Positions 10,070 through 19,916 of a stretch of 64,000 nucleotides of DNA are shown here, in pieces. A model generated the notes under the pieces. It did not search any database. It saw only the letters and a program-made list of their open reading frames with translations, and was not told where the DNA came from. Within the stretch, counting starts at the first letter, position 1; the number at the start of each line of letters is the position of its first letter. Both the position numbers and the translations under genes were made by a program. Source of the DNA: an uncultured Gemmatimonadales bacterium (GTDB lineage: Bacteria; Gemmatimonadota; Gemmatimonadetes; Gemmatimonadales; GWC2-71-9). The stretch lies in contig CBFGTB010000001.1 of assembly GCA_965651715.1 (NCBI GenBank), forward strand, positions 26,938 to 90,937, in the 5' to 3' direction.

Positions 10070-11340
10070 GGATTCTGGTCGTCGGGAGCGGCGGACGTGA
10101 ACATGCAATCATCGCCGCGCTGCATCGTGATAATCCCGACCACGAGTTGCACGCCGCACCAGGCAACCCCGGCACGGCTGAGCTGGCGACGAATCACTCG
10201 GTCGCCGCCGATGACCTCGACCGGCTGACCGACCTGAGTGACGCCTTCGGGATCGACCTGGTGGTGATCGGGCCGGAAGTTCCGCTGGCCCTGGGCCTGG
10301 CCGACCGGCTCCGGGCCGAAGGGCGGGCGGTGTTCGGTCCCGGTCAGGCCGCCGCGCAGATCGAGGCGTCCAAAGCCTTCGCCAAGGATGTGATGCACGC
10401 GGCTGCGGTGCCGACAGCAGCCAGCGCAACATTCGACGACCTCGATACCGCGCTCAGCTACATCGACGCCCATGCTGAGCCGCTGGTGGTCAAGGCCTCG
10501 GGTCTGGCGGCCGGCAAGGGCGCCGTGGTCTGCTCCAGTCGCGTCGAGGCGCGCGAGGCGGTGACTGCCATGCTCGCACAGTCCCGCTTTGGCGACGCGG
10601 GACGCACAGTGGTGATCGAGCAGTATCTCGAAGGCGAGGAATTGTCGATCTTCGCCGTTACCAACGGCGAGACAGTTCGTCTGCTCCCGGCGGCGCAGGA
10701 TCACAAGCGGATCGGCGCGGGAGATACCGGTCCCAACACCGGCGGCATGGGGGCCTATGCGCCGGTGGCGCTGGCCACACCGGCACTGCTGGCGCGGGTG
10801 GAGCGCGAGGTGCTGCTGCCCACGCTGGCAGAGCTGCGCCGGCGCGGCGCACCGTTTCGCGGCGTGCTGTATGCCGGTCTGATGATCGCACCGGACGGCA
10901 CGCCCAATGTGATCGAGTTCAATTGCCGCTTCGGTGACCCCGAAACGCAGGTGGTCCTGCCGCTGCTCCGACCGGGGCTCACCGCACTGCTCGATGCCGC
11001 GGCCCGCGGCGCGCCGCTCCCCGCGATCGAGGTGAGCGACGCGGCGGCTGTTACCACGGTGCTGGCCAGCAGCGGATATCCGGAATCGTCACACCGCGGT
11101 GATGTGATCACCATTCCCGATGCACTGCCGCCGGGCACAGTGGTTTTTCATGCCGGCACGGCGCGGCAGGGTGAGGAGCTGGTCACCGCCGGCGGGCGGG
11201 TACTGGCCGTCACCGCCGTGGCTCCGACGTTCGCCGCAGCGCAACAGGCGAGTCGCCAGGCGGCAGCGGCGATCGGCTTTGCCGGCAAGCAGTACCGCAA
11301 CGACATCGGCTGGCGAGAGGCGGCCCGGCTGGCGCAGTAG
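10066..11340 (+). CDS. purD: Phosphoribosylamine--glycine ligase
   Basis: MRILVVGSGGREHA N-terminus, ATP-grasp core, 424 aa. GTGA overlap with the upstream stop. Confidence 0.95.
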   Translation: MRILVVGSGGREHAIIAALHRDNPDHELHAAPGNPGTAELATNHSVAADDLDRLTDLSDAFGIDLVVIGPEVPLALGLADRLRAEGRAVFGPGQAAAQIEASKAFAKDVMHAAAVPTAASATFDDLDTALSYIDAHAEPLVVKASGLAAGKGAVVCSSRVEAREAVTAMLAQSRFGDAGRTVVIEQYLEGEELSIFAVTNGETVRLLPAAQDHKRIGAGDTGPNTGGMGAYAPVALATPALLARVEREVLLPTLAELRRRGAPFRGVLYAGLMIAPDGTPNVIEFNCRFGDPETQVVLPLLRPGLTALLDAAARGAPLPAIEVSDAAAVTTVLASSGYPESSHRGDVITIPDALPPGTVVFHAGTARQGEELVTAGGRVLAVTAVAPTFAAAQQASRQAAAAIGFAGKQYRNDIGWREAARLAQ

Positions 11341-11349
11341 ATTGTCGCC

Positions 11350-12174
11350 ATGCCGGAACTCCCCGAAGTTGAGACCATGGTCCGCGAGCTGCGTCCGCGG
11401 CTGATCGGGCGAACGATCGCTGCCGTCACACTCAGTCACGACAATCTGCTCGCCGGCGTGACGCGCCGGACCCTGGTGAGTGGTCTGCGCGGCCGACGGA
11501 TTCATGCGATCCATCGCCGCGCCAAGCACGCACTGATCGAGACCGATCGCCGCATTCTCGATGTCCAGCCGGGTATGAGCGGCGGCCTGCTGCACCTGAG
11601 TGCACCTCGCCAGGGCGAGGCCGCTCGCTACGACGTGCTCACCTGCCGCCTCGACGACGACAGCGTGTTGATCTACCGCGACGTGCGCCGGATCGGGACG
11701 CTGCGCTGGCTCAGTCCCGACGAGTGGGACGCTTACGCCGCGCGCCTGGGTCCCGAGCCGCTCGATCCACACCTGACGCCGTCGGCCTTCGCCGCTCGGC
11801 TGGGTCGGTCGCGCGCCGCGATCAAGAAGGTGCTGATGGATCAACGCCAGGTGGTGGGTGTCGGGAACATCTACGCCAACGAGGCGCTCTTCGCCGCCGG
11901 CATCGACCCGTCGCGCTCCGCCAACACCGTGCCGGCCGACAAGCTTCATGCCCTGCATGGTCACATGGTGCGGATTCTCGCCCAGGCGATTGCGAGCGAG
12001 GGCACCAGCTTCCGTGACTACGTCACGTCGACCGGGCAACCGGGCCACTTCCAGCTCGCCCTGATGGTCTATGGTCGGGCCGGTGAGCCCTGTCGTCACT
12101 GCGGCACAGTACTCGCCGAGACTCACGAAATCGACGCCCGCCAAACCGTGTTCTGCTGGCGCTGCCAGAGCTAG
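11350..12174 (+). CDS. mutM: Formamidopyrimidine-DNA glycosylase
   Basis: MPELPEVE N-terminus (catalytic Pro2/Glu3). C-terminal zinc finger CRHCG...CWRCQ. Confidence 0.9.
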   Translation: MPELPEVETMVRELRPRLIGRTIAAVTLSHDNLLAGVTRRTLVSGLRGRRIHAIHRRAKHALIETDRRILDVQPGMSGGLLHLSAPRQGEAARYDVLTCRLDDDSVLIYRDVRRIGTLRWLSPDEWDAYAARLGPEPLDPHLTPSAFAARLGRSRAAIKKVLMDQRQVVGVGNIYANEALFAAGIDPSRSANTVPADKLHALHGHMVRILAQAIASEGTSFRDYVTSTGQPGHFQLALMVYGRAGEPCRHCGTVLAETHEIDARQTVFCWRCQS

Positions 12175-12225
12175 CGACGGCTCCTAAGCCGGAGCGCCCG
12201 CTGCCGCTCAGGATATCTTGAAACG

Positions 12226-13311
12226 ATGGGGACCCTGTCGCTCGCCCTGCCCGCCACCGACCTCGAGGCCCTCCGGTTCCGCATCCGGCGCCTGGCTCCC
12301 GAGCGGCCGGGCACCTACCGGATGCTCGATCCGGCCGGGCGGGTGCTGTACGTCGGCAAGGCCAAGCGCCTGCGGACCCGACTGCTTTCCTACTTCCGGG
12401 CGCGCTATCCCGACGACAAGGCGGCGCGCATCCTCCACGCCGCAAGCGACATCAGATTCGACCCCGGGCCGAGTGAATTCGCGGCGTCGCTGGCCGAACT
12501 TGAGCTGATTCGGCAACACCGGCCACCGTTCAACGTGGCGATGAACCGCAACCGCCGCCACAGCTTTCTGATCGTGACCGACGAGAGTGCCCCGCGCCTG
12601 CTCGCCACCACCAGTCCGGAACGCCACAGCGGCCGGATCTACGGCCCGCTGCGCTCACCGGCGCGGGTCGCCACCGCGGCCCGAACCCTCAGCGACGTGC
12701 TCGGCCTGCGCGACTGCCGCGCCGACATGCCGATGCACTACGCCGAGCAGGCTGAGCTGTTCGTGACGCCGCGACGGGCGGCCTGTCCGCGGTTCGACTT
12801 CGGCACCTGCGCCGGGCCCTGTGCCGGTGCCCTGACCACCCACGCCTACCGCCAGCGGGCCGAACTGGCGGCCGCCTTCTGCGAAAGCCGCACCGTGACG
12901 CCGATTGCTCCGGTGATCGAGGCGATGACGGTCGCCAGTGACCGGGGCGACTTCGAACGCGCCCTGCACTGGCGCACCAAGTTCGAAGCACTCGAATGGC
13001 TGATCGCGGCGCTGGCCCGATCGCGCGCCGCCATCGACGCGCTCTCGTTCATCTATCGCGATCCGGGCGAGCGGGGCGATGCCCGGGCCTACCTGATCAT
13101 CAGAGGGGAAGTCCGGGCCTGCTACCCCGATCCGGTGACCCCGCTGGAACGCGAGGCGTTCGACGCCGTCATGCGCCAGGAACTGGCCGCCCCCGAACCT
13201 GCCCCCGGCCGGCACGACCCCGGTCGGCTCCAACAGCGGCTGCTGGTGACCTCGTGGTTCCGAACCCACCCCGATGCCTGGCGACGCACCACACCGCTGC
13301 CGACCGACTGA
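12226..13311 (+). CDS. UvrC-N-terminal-like GIY-YIG nuclease (Cho-like, lacks the UvrC C-terminal half)
   Basis: GIY-YIG region 'GTYRMLDPAGRVLYVGKAKRLRTRLLSYF' and Cys-rich block 'CPRFDFGTCAGPCAG'. Only 361 aa, and no HhH region is seen. Confidence 0.7.
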   Translation: MGTLSLALPATDLEALRFRIRRLAPERPGTYRMLDPAGRVLYVGKAKRLRTRLLSYFRARYPDDKAARILHAASDIRFDPGPSEFAASLAELELIRQHRPPFNVAMNRNRRHSFLIVTDESAPRLLATTSPERHSGRIYGPLRSPARVATAARTLSDVLGLRDCRADMPMHYAEQAELFVTPRRAACPRFDFGTCAGPCAGALTTHAYRQRAELAAAFCESRTVTPIAPVIEAMTVASDRGDFERALHWRTKFEALEWLIAALARSRAAIDALSFIYRDPGERGDARAYLIIRGEVRACYPDPVTPLEREAFDAVMRQELAAPEPAPGRHDPGRLQQRLLVTSWFRTHPDAWRRTTPLPTD

Positions 13312-13364
13312 GGGGTCGAGCGGCAGTCGTCTCATTTTGAAACAATAGCGCACCCTACGCCGTC

Positions 13365-13865
13365 ATGTCCTCCACCTCTTACGTGGAGTCGATCATGGGG
13401 CGCAGCGCCCGCGCAGTACTCCGTTTCACAGTTGCCAGCGCGATGGTGGTCCTGCCGCTGGCGGCTCAAAGCAGCCCGGCCGACTCCGCGACGGATTCGG
13501 CCGGGTTCTCGCCCGCCGATCAGCAGCGCTACATGGAACTGGGCCGTCGAGTGACACGGTGGTTCTTCGGCGGCTCAGCCGACTCGATCTATGCCATCGC
13601 CAGCGACGAGGCACGCCGCGCGATGGGCGGTGTGGACGGGATCGCCGAACAGATGCGGCAGATTACCGAACACACCGGTGAGGAAGCCCTGGTGCTGGTC
13701 GAGAAGATGACCCGTCGCGACGGTCGGCCTCAGTTCTGGCATGAGGCCTACTTCACAGACTTCACCGATGATTCGGTGGTGTTCCGCGTCATCTTCGACC
13801 CGGCGGGTCGCCTGATCGGCCTCGGCATCAGTCCTGCCGGTCAGGCGCCCGCCGATGGAACGTAG
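13365..13865 (+). CDS. Hypothetical secreted protein
   Basis: 166-aa ORF with signal-like 'VLRFTVASAMVVLPLAAQSS'. High third-position GC. No family recognised. Confidence 0.5.
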   Translation: MSSTSYVESIMGRSARAVLRFTVASAMVVLPLAAQSSPADSATDSAGFSPADQQRYMELGRRVTRWFFGGSADSIYAIASDEARRAMGGVDGIAEQMRQITEHTGEEALVLVEKMTRRDGRPQFWHEAYFTDFTDDSVVFRVIFDPAGRLIGLGISPAGQAPADGT

Positions 13866-13910
13866 CGGCGCATCGGTCGCCCGGAATCCCCGCGGGGCCG
13901 GTGACCGCCC

Positions 13911-14786
13911 TCAGCCGAGGCGGCGACGCCGCCGGGTCGCCGCCAATCCGGCAAGACCGGTCGCCATCAGGGTCATCGTGGCCGGTTCGGGGACGGTGCT
14001 GCTGCCGCTGCCGCTGTCGTCGCCGGCGACTTCGAAATTGAAGTTGCCCGACGTGCCGTCGCTGAAGGAGAAGGCGACGTTGTCCACCGCCCCGGCAAAC
14101 TGGCCGTTCCAGCCGCTGCCGAAGCCGACATTGATGCCGTACACCCGCGTCTCGGCCGACAGCGGATTGGAGGTGGTGTTGTCGCTGCAGGTCGCGGTAT
14201 CACCGCTCGCCCACTCCGCCACGGTATTGGTGCCGCCGTGGACTCCGTCGTAGAAGCAATTGACGCCGTACTGCCGCAGCCAGAAGCCCCGTCCGGTGAG
14301 ATCAATACTCTGCCAGCTATCGGTCGGCGCCGTGTAGCCGGGCGTGTCGTAGATGGGCTCGAACACCAGGTAGCCCGCCGTGCTGGGTTCGTCGGGGTTG
14401 ATGATCATCAGGCGGAAGACCGGAAGCAGCGAGGCCCCAACGGTGCTGGAACCGTCACGATAGGCATCGTACGAGGCGCTGACGAAGCTCGACAGCAGCG
14501 GCATGTCGCCATCGAACCAGTACTCCAGATCGGCCTTGGAGCCTGCGCCGCTGCCGGTCATCAGCAGCGACCCGTTGCCGCTGCGGGCAAAGGTGCCATC
14601 AATCCCGATGCTCGAGCCCGAGCGGACCTCGCGCCGCACCCACTGACCCGGCACCACGGGATCGTTCTGGGTGGCTCCGGCCGGAGCCGTGGTCAGCACG
14701 CCGGGCGACGTGACCACCTGGGCACCGAGCCCGGTCGCGGGAATGATAAAGGCAGCCAGCGCGGCCGCAGCAACGACAGAACGCAT
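13911..14786 (-). CDS. PEP-CTERM sorting-signal protein (exosortase substrate)
   Basis: ORF 13911..14879, trimmed to MRSVVAAAALAAFIIPATGLGAQ (ATG 14786). The C-terminus 'VPEPATMTLMATGLAGLAATRRRRR' is PEP motif + TM helix + Arg cluster. Confidence 0.8.
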   Translation of the reverse strand: MRSVVAAAALAAFIIPATGLGAQVVTSPGVLTTAPAGATQNDPVVPGQWVRREVRSGSSIGIDGTFARSGNGSLLMTGSGAGSKADLEYWFDGDMPLLSSFVSASYDAYRDGSSTVGASLLPVFRLMIINPDEPSTAGYLVFEPIYDTPGYTAPTDSWQSIDLTGRGFWLRQYGVNCFYDGVHGGTNTVAEWASGDTATCSDNTTSNPLSAETRVYGINVGFGSGWNGQFAGAVDNVAFSFSDGTSGNFNFEVAGDDSGSGSSTVPEPATMTLMATGLAGLAATRRRRRLG

Positions 14787-15016
14787 CGTACCGCTCCTTG
14801 AGTGGAAGAGTGTCAACACTGAGGGTCGGGCCGCATCGCGGCGGCGACAGCGGCGAACGATGCAGATTTCATACGTCAATATTCGGCGTCGTCATTCACA
14901 CGCAAACTGCGTGATGGCATGCAATTGGGGCATCGGGTCCCGCGCAGGAATTCTCGCGCGGCTGTGGCTCGACTCCGCCAGAGTGTCACGCGCTCGCCAC
15001 ACCGACGCTGAGGGAA

Positions 15017-15511
15017 TCAGTCCTCGTCGGCCGCCGTGAGCGGCACCAGTCGCGCCCGCGGGGGGATCCCCGTCTCCAGTTCCATGATTCCCGCCGAGGC
15101 GGGGATGTCGAACCGCCGCGGCCCGGCGCCGCCGGGATTCATCACAGTCACCACCACATCCACGATCTCCAGCTTGGGAATGTGAGTATGGCCATGGATC
15201 AGGATGTCCGCCGTGGGGTAGGCGGCATGAAAGGCTTCGCTCGGCACGCTGCGGCCGAACTGGTCGCCGTGGGTGACGACGATATCGAAGCCGTCGAGCC
15301 GCAGTTGCTGCACGCGGGGCAGCCGGGCCCGCACCTCACTGCCATCGGTATTGCCATAGACCGCGGTGACCGGTGCAAGAGCTTCCAGCTCGGTGAGCAG
15401 ATCGAGCGGCCCGATATCGCCGGCGTGGAGGATGTGATCCACCCCGGCAAACAGCTCGAACACTTCGGGGCGGAGCAGCCCGTGGGTATCTGAGATAATG
15501 CCGAGGCGCAT
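15017..15511 (-). CDS. YfcE/MJ0936-type metallophosphoesterase
   Basis: MRLGIISDTHG, 'HAGDI', 'GNTDG', 'HGHTH' motifs. The ATG at 15511 shares one base with the ubiX stop (TGATG). Confidence 0.8.
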   Translation of the reverse strand: MRLGIISDTHGLLRPEVFELFAGVDHILHAGDIGPLDLLTELEALAPVTAVYGNTDGSEVRARLPRVQQLRLDGFDIVVTHGDQFGRSVPSEAFHAAYPTADILIHGHTHIPKLEIVDVVVTVMNPGGAGPRRFDIPASAGIMELETGIPPRARLVPLTAADED

Positions 15512-16098
15512 CAGCCGTTCCACCGCGGTACGAGTTCCGTCGGCAGCTCGACATCGAGCTGATCAACAATCCGCTGTACCACGAAATCGACAAGCTGTGC
15601 GACAGTGGTCGGTCGATGGTAAAAGCCCGGCATCGCCGGCAGCACCAGCGCACCCGCCTCGGTCAGCGTCGTCAGATTGCGCAGATGCACCAGTGACAGC
15701 GGCGTCTCGCGCGGCACCACGATCAGCGGCCGGCGTTCCTTGAGCGTCACGTCGGCCGCGCGCTCGATCAGCGACCGGGAACTGCCCATCGCAATGGCTG
15801 CCACCGTCCCCATCGAACAGGGGCAGATCACCATGCCGCCGTGGCGATATGATCCCGAGGCCGGTGCGGCCCCGCGGTCATCGACCCGATGACAGGTGAC
15901 AGTGGACCAATCGCCGCCGGTCGCTCGCCGCAGCGCCGCCTCGTCGGCCACGCCCATTTCGGTGTCGAGCAGCCGCCAGCCATGAGACGAGATCATCAGG
16001 TCCACCGGGACCCGACCGCCCGCGAGCACACTCAGCAGGCGGACGGCGTAGGGGGCACCCGACGCTCCGGTCACCGCGAGCAGCACCGGGCGTGTCAT
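15511..16098 (-). CDS. ubiX: Flavin prenyltransferase UbiX
   Basis: 195 aa with 'LAVTGASGAPYA' flavoprotein N-terminus. ATGA overlap with the upstream UbiA-family gene. Confidence 0.9.
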   Translation of the reverse strand: MTRPVLLAVTGASGAPYAVRLLSVLAGGRVPVDLMISSHGWRLLDTEMGVADEAALRRATGGDWSTVTCHRVDDRGAAPASGSYRHGGMVICPCSMGTVAAIAMGSSRSLIERAADVTLKERRPLIVVPRETPLSLVHLRNLTTLTEAGALVLPAMPGFYHRPTTVAQLVDFVVQRIVDQLDVELPTELVPRWNG

Positions 16099-16994
16099 AC
16101 CAGCCGGTCCACCAGGGCACAGAGAAACACCGTCACGCTCATCACCCCGTTCATGGTAAAGAATGCCGCATCCAGCCGGGAGAGGTCGTCGGGGCGCACC
16201 AGGCGATGCTCCCAGACAAGGATCAGCGCCGCAGCCGCGACACCCACCGCGTACCAGATCCCGAATCCGGCCGCCCAGCCGAACAGCGCCAGCGCCGGCA
16301 CTGTGATCCCGTGCAGCAGCTTGGCCAGCAGGATGGCCCGGCGCCGGCCCAGCCGCACCACGGCACTGCGGAGACCGGCGTCGCGATCGAATTCCTCATC
16401 GGGCAAGGCGTAGAAGATGTCGAATCCCGCCACCCAGGTGAGCACCGCCACCACAATCGCCGGCAGCACCCACCACGGTTGACTCCAGCTCCCGGTGACC
16501 GCCAGCCAGCCGCCCACCGGGGCAATCGCCAGCGAGAGCCCGAGCCAGAGATGCGGCCACCAGGTGAAGCGCTTGGCGTACGAATAACCCAGCACCCAGA
16601 GCAGCGCCACCGGCGCCAGCGCCAGGCAGAGCGGGTTGAGTCGGGCCCTGGCCAGGATAAAGACTATCGCCGCCACCACGACCGATCCGCTCGCCGCCGC
16701 CACAGTGATCCGTCCGGTGGGGATCTCCCGACTGCTGGTGCGCGGATTGCCAGCATCGAAGTTCCGATCGACAATCCGATTGAATCCCATGGCGGCAAAT
16801 CGCGCCGCGGTAAATGCCACCACGACCCAGACCACAGTGTCGAGCGCGAGCGGCTGCTGCCACGAGGCTCCCAGCACGCCCAGCAGGGCGAACGGCAGCG
16901 CGAACAGCGTGTGCGGCAGCTTCACGAAGCTGGCCCACCGCGCCCACGCCCCGGGTCCGGCGAAGGTCTGGCCCTCCCGTGCGCTCAGCCCCAC
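16095..16994 (-). CDS. ubiA: UbiA-family aromatic prenyltransferase (4-hydroxybenzoate / naphthoate polyprenyltransferase type)
   Basis: Multi-TM protein with Asp-rich motif 'NRIVDRNFD' and a second 'DEEFD' motif. Confidence 0.85.
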   Translation of the reverse strand: MGLSAREGQTFAGPGAWARWASFVKLPHTLFALPFALLGVLGASWQQPLALDTVVWVVVAFTAARFAAMGFNRIVDRNFDAGNPRTSSREIPTGRITVAAASGSVVVAAIVFILARARLNPLCLALAPVALLWVLGYSYAKRFTWWPHLWLGLSLAIAPVGGWLAVTGSWSQPWWVLPAIVVAVLTWVAGFDIFYALPDEEFDRDAGLRSAVVRLGRRRAILLAKLLHGITVPALALFGWAAGFGIWYAVGVAAAALILVWEHRLVRPDDLSRLDAAFFTMNGVMSVTVFLCALVDRLV

Positions 16995-17000
16995 GATCGC

Positions 17001-18485
17001 TCACTCACGGGCGCCGATCCCCAACTCATCCCAGAAGCCATCGACGGCGCGACGGGTGGCATCGTCCATCACGATCCGTTCGGGCCATTCCCGGGTAAAT
17101 CCTTCCTCGGGCCACTTGCGCGTGGCGTCGATCCCCATCTTGCTGCCGAAGGTGAAATGACTGGAGGCGTGGTCCAGCACGTCGACCGGGCCGCGCGCAA
17201 ACTCGATGTCCCGCTGGGGATCGATGTTGTTGAGAGCAATCCACCAGCATTCGTCGGGATCCTGCACGTTGACATCCCGATCGACGACCACCAGCACCTT
17301 GGAGAGCGCCATCAGCCCCTGCCCCCAGAGCGCATGCATCACCTTGTAGGCCTGGCCGGGATACTGCTTGTCGATGCTGACAAACACCAGATTGTGGAAG
17401 ATGCCGACAGCCGGCATGTGATAATCCACGATCTCGGGCACTGTCAGCCGGAGCAGCGGCAGGAAGATCCGCTCGGTGGCATGGCCCAGCCAGTAGTCCT
17501 CCATCGGGGGACGCCCGACGAGGGTGGCCGGATAGATCGGTTGCCGCCTCATGGTGACAGCGGTGACCTGCATCCGGGGATACAGATCGGCAAGTGAATA
17601 AAATCCGGTGTGGTCGCCGAAGGGGCCCTCCATCACCAGCTCTTCCGCGGGATCGATCACTCCCTCAATCACAATGTCGGCCGCGGCCGGCACCTCGAGA
17701 TCAGAGGTCAGTGCCCGGACCAGTTCCACCGGCTGTCGTCTGAGGAAGCCGGCGAAGAGAAACTCGTCGATCCCCGGCGGCAGCGGCGCCGAAGCCGAAT
17801 AGATCGCCGCCGGATCACCGCCCAGGGCGATCGCCACCGGCATGGTCTCCCCCCGCTTCGCCATGGCGCGCCAGTGGGCGGCGCCCGACTTGTGTCGCTG
17901 CCAGTGCATCGCCAGATCGCGCGGGCCGCGCACCTGCACCCGATACATCCCGACGTTGCGTCCCCCGTGAACCGGATCCCGGGTGATCACCATCGGCAAG
18001 GTGAGATAGCGGCCGCCGTCACCGGGCCACGTTGTCAGAATGGGTACCGTGTCGAGATCGACATCCTCCCCGCGCCAGACGACCTCCTGGCAGCGCGCGG
18101 TGCCGCTGGTGAGCCGCGGCGGATACTTCGCCACTTCGGCCAGGCGCGGCAGCAGCGCCAACTTGGCCATCAGACCACTGGGAACCTTCAGCTCCAGCAG
18201 TTCGGCGATCCGGTCGCCAATCCCGTCGAGGCTGTCACAGTCCAGCGCCAGTTCCATCCGGCGCCGCGATCCGAAGGCGTTGATCAGCACCGGCATCGCC
18301 GCAACCTGGCCGTCGGCCAGCACCGGTCGGGTGAACAGCAGCGCCGGACCGCCGCCGGGCAGCTTCATGGTGCGATCGGCGATCTCGGCAATTTCGAGAT
18401 GGCAGTTGACCGGTCGGTCGATCCGAACCAGTTCACCGATCCGCTCGATGGCGGCGATGAAATCGGCGAGCGAGTCGAGACTCAT
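17001..18485 (-). CDS. ubiD: UbiD-family (prenyl-FMN dependent) decarboxylase
   Basis: 494 aa, typical UbiD length and sequence blocks (e.g. 'ITRDPVHGGRNVGMYR'). Sits in a cluster with ubiX. Confidence 0.9.
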   Translation of the reverse strand: MSLDSLADFIAAIERIGELVRIDRPVNCHLEIAEIADRTMKLPGGGPALLFTRPVLADGQVAAMPVLINAFGSRRRMELALDCDSLDGIGDRIAELLELKVPSGLMAKLALLPRLAEVAKYPPRLTSGTARCQEVVWRGEDVDLDTVPILTTWPGDGGRYLTLPMVITRDPVHGGRNVGMYRVQVRGPRDLAMHWQRHKSGAAHWRAMAKRGETMPVAIALGGDPAAIYSASAPLPPGIDEFLFAGFLRRQPVELVRALTSDLEVPAAADIVIEGVIDPAEELVMEGPFGDHTGFYSLADLYPRMQVTAVTMRRQPIYPATLVGRPPMEDYWLGHATERIFLPLLRLTVPEIVDYHMPAVGIFHNLVFVSIDKQYPGQAYKVMHALWGQGLMALSKVLVVVDRDVNVQDPDECWWIALNNIDPQRDIEFARGPVDVLDHASSHFTFGSKMGIDATRKWPEEGFTREWPERIVMDDATRRAVDGFWDELGIGARE

Positions 18486-19216
18486 CAGGCGAGACGTTCT
18501 CCGGTGTGAATGGCCACGATCCCGCCCCAGCGGGTCTGCCAGGTAACGTTGCCGAATCCGGCGGCTTCGAGCCGCGCCGCCAGCGCCGGCGGCTCGGGAA
18601 AGGCCAGCACCGAGGCCGGCAGATAGTCATAAGCGCTGCCGTGACGCGACACCAGTCGTCCGATGCGCGGCAGAATCCGACGAAAATACCCCAGGTATAA
18701 TCCGCGCAGCGGTTGACGCCGCGGCGTAGTAAATTCGAGGATCACCAGTCGCATCCCGGGGCGGAGCACACGCGCCAGCTCCCGCAGTCCCGCATCGAGG
18801 TCCATGAGATTGCGCACCCCGAATCCGACCATCGCTCCGTCGAACACACCATCACCAAATGGCAGGCGCAGGGCATCGGCCGCCGTGGCAAGCACAGCCG
18901 CGCTCTTGTCCCGCCCCTGGTGCAGCATCTCAGGCACCAGATCCGCCGCGATGACCCGCCCCCGAAACGCCTCGCGCTCGGCCAGCTCAGCCGCCAGATC
19001 AAGCGTCCCGGCGCAGCAGTCGAGGTACCGCCCCTCCGGCCGCTCGGGCCAGCCCAGCCGGTCCACAGCCGTCCGCCGCCACCGGGTGTCGGCCCCCAGG
19101 CTCAAGACCCGGTTCAGCAGGTCGTAACGCGGCGCAATGGCGGCAAAGACTTCGCGGACATACTCCCGCTTCGCATCGCCTCCGGCCAGCGGCAGGGCTG
19201 TCGGTCTCGGTGACAT
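18485..19216 (-). CDS. ubiE: Demethylmenaquinone/ubiquinone C-methyltransferase (UbiE/MenG family)
   Basis: ORF 18485..19378, trimmed to ATG 19216 (MSPRPTALP...). 'YDLLNRVLSLG' and SAM motif 'YLDCCAGTLD'. Confidence 0.85.
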   Translation of the reverse strand: MSPRPTALPLAGGDAKREYVREVFAAIAPRYDLLNRVLSLGADTRWRRTAVDRLGWPERPEGRYLDCCAGTLDLAAELAEREAFRGRVIAADLVPEMLHQGRDKSAAVLATAADALRLPFGDGVFDGAMVGFGVRNLMDLDAGLRELARVLRPGMRLVILEFTTPRRQPLRGLYLGYFRRILPRIGRLVSRHGSAYDYLPASVLAFPEPPALAARLEAAGFGNVTWQTRWGGIVAIHTGERLA

Positions 19217-19255
19217 GATCACCAAAGCTACCGGCAGCGGCACGCTGGGGCCATC

Positions 19256-19879
19256 ATGGCGGCGATCATGACGCATCCCACGCCGCCCGACTGGCGGGCT
19301 CTGACCGATCAGGAAGTGGTCCGTCACGCAGTGGCCGGGCGCGAAGCGGCCTACCGCGAATTGATCCGCCGCTATCAACGGCCGGTCTTTTCCTTGATCT
19401 ACCGCATGGTCCGCGACCGCGAACTGGCCGAAGATCTCGCCCAGGAGACCTTCATCAAGGTGCTCGGCGCGATTGAGTCCTACCGCCCCGAGTTCCGCTT
19501 TTCGAGCTGGATTTTCAAGATCGCCAACAACGCCGCCATCGATCAGCTCCGCCGCCGCGGCCTCAAGACGCTCTCGCTCGATGGCTCACCCCACGCCGAA
19601 ACCGCCGAGGCGATCGAAGCCACCACGCTGCAAATCGGCGATGATGCCGAATCGCCGCTCGACGAGGTCACCAACCGGGAACTGGGCCAACAGATCGAGA
19701 CCGCCATCGCCCAACTCCGTCCCGAGTATCGCAGTTGCATCCTGCTCCGCCACGTCGAGGGCCGACCCTATGAGGAAATCGCCGAGATCCTCGATCTGCC
19801 GCTCGGCACAGTCAAGACCTACATCCACCGCGCCCGACACGAACTGCGCCTGCTGCTGCAGGACAGCTACCTGACATGA
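19256..19879 (+). CDS. ECF-type RNA polymerase sigma factor
   Basis: Sigma-70 region 2 ('LAEDLAQETFIKV') and region 4 HTH ('LPLGTVKTYIHRARHEL'). Confidence 0.9.
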   Translation: MAAIMTHPTPPDWRALTDQEVVRHAVAGREAAYRELIRRYQRPVFSLIYRMVRDRELAEDLAQETFIKVLGAIESYRPEFRFSSWIFKIANNAAIDQLRRRGLKTLSLDGSPHAETAEAIEATTLQIGDDAESPLDEVTNRELGQQIETAIAQLRPEYRSCILLRHVEGRPYEEIAEILDLPLGTVKTYIHRARHELRLLLQDSYLT

Positions 19880-19916
19880 AACACAGAGCCGACCCGATCC
19901 GTACACGGAGGGTACT

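Noticed and set aside
13866-13910. Bidirectional terminator between convergent genes (CCCCGCGGGG palindrome)
   Set aside because: The palindrome has essentially no loop, and there are no flanking T/A tracts. The support is too weak to call.
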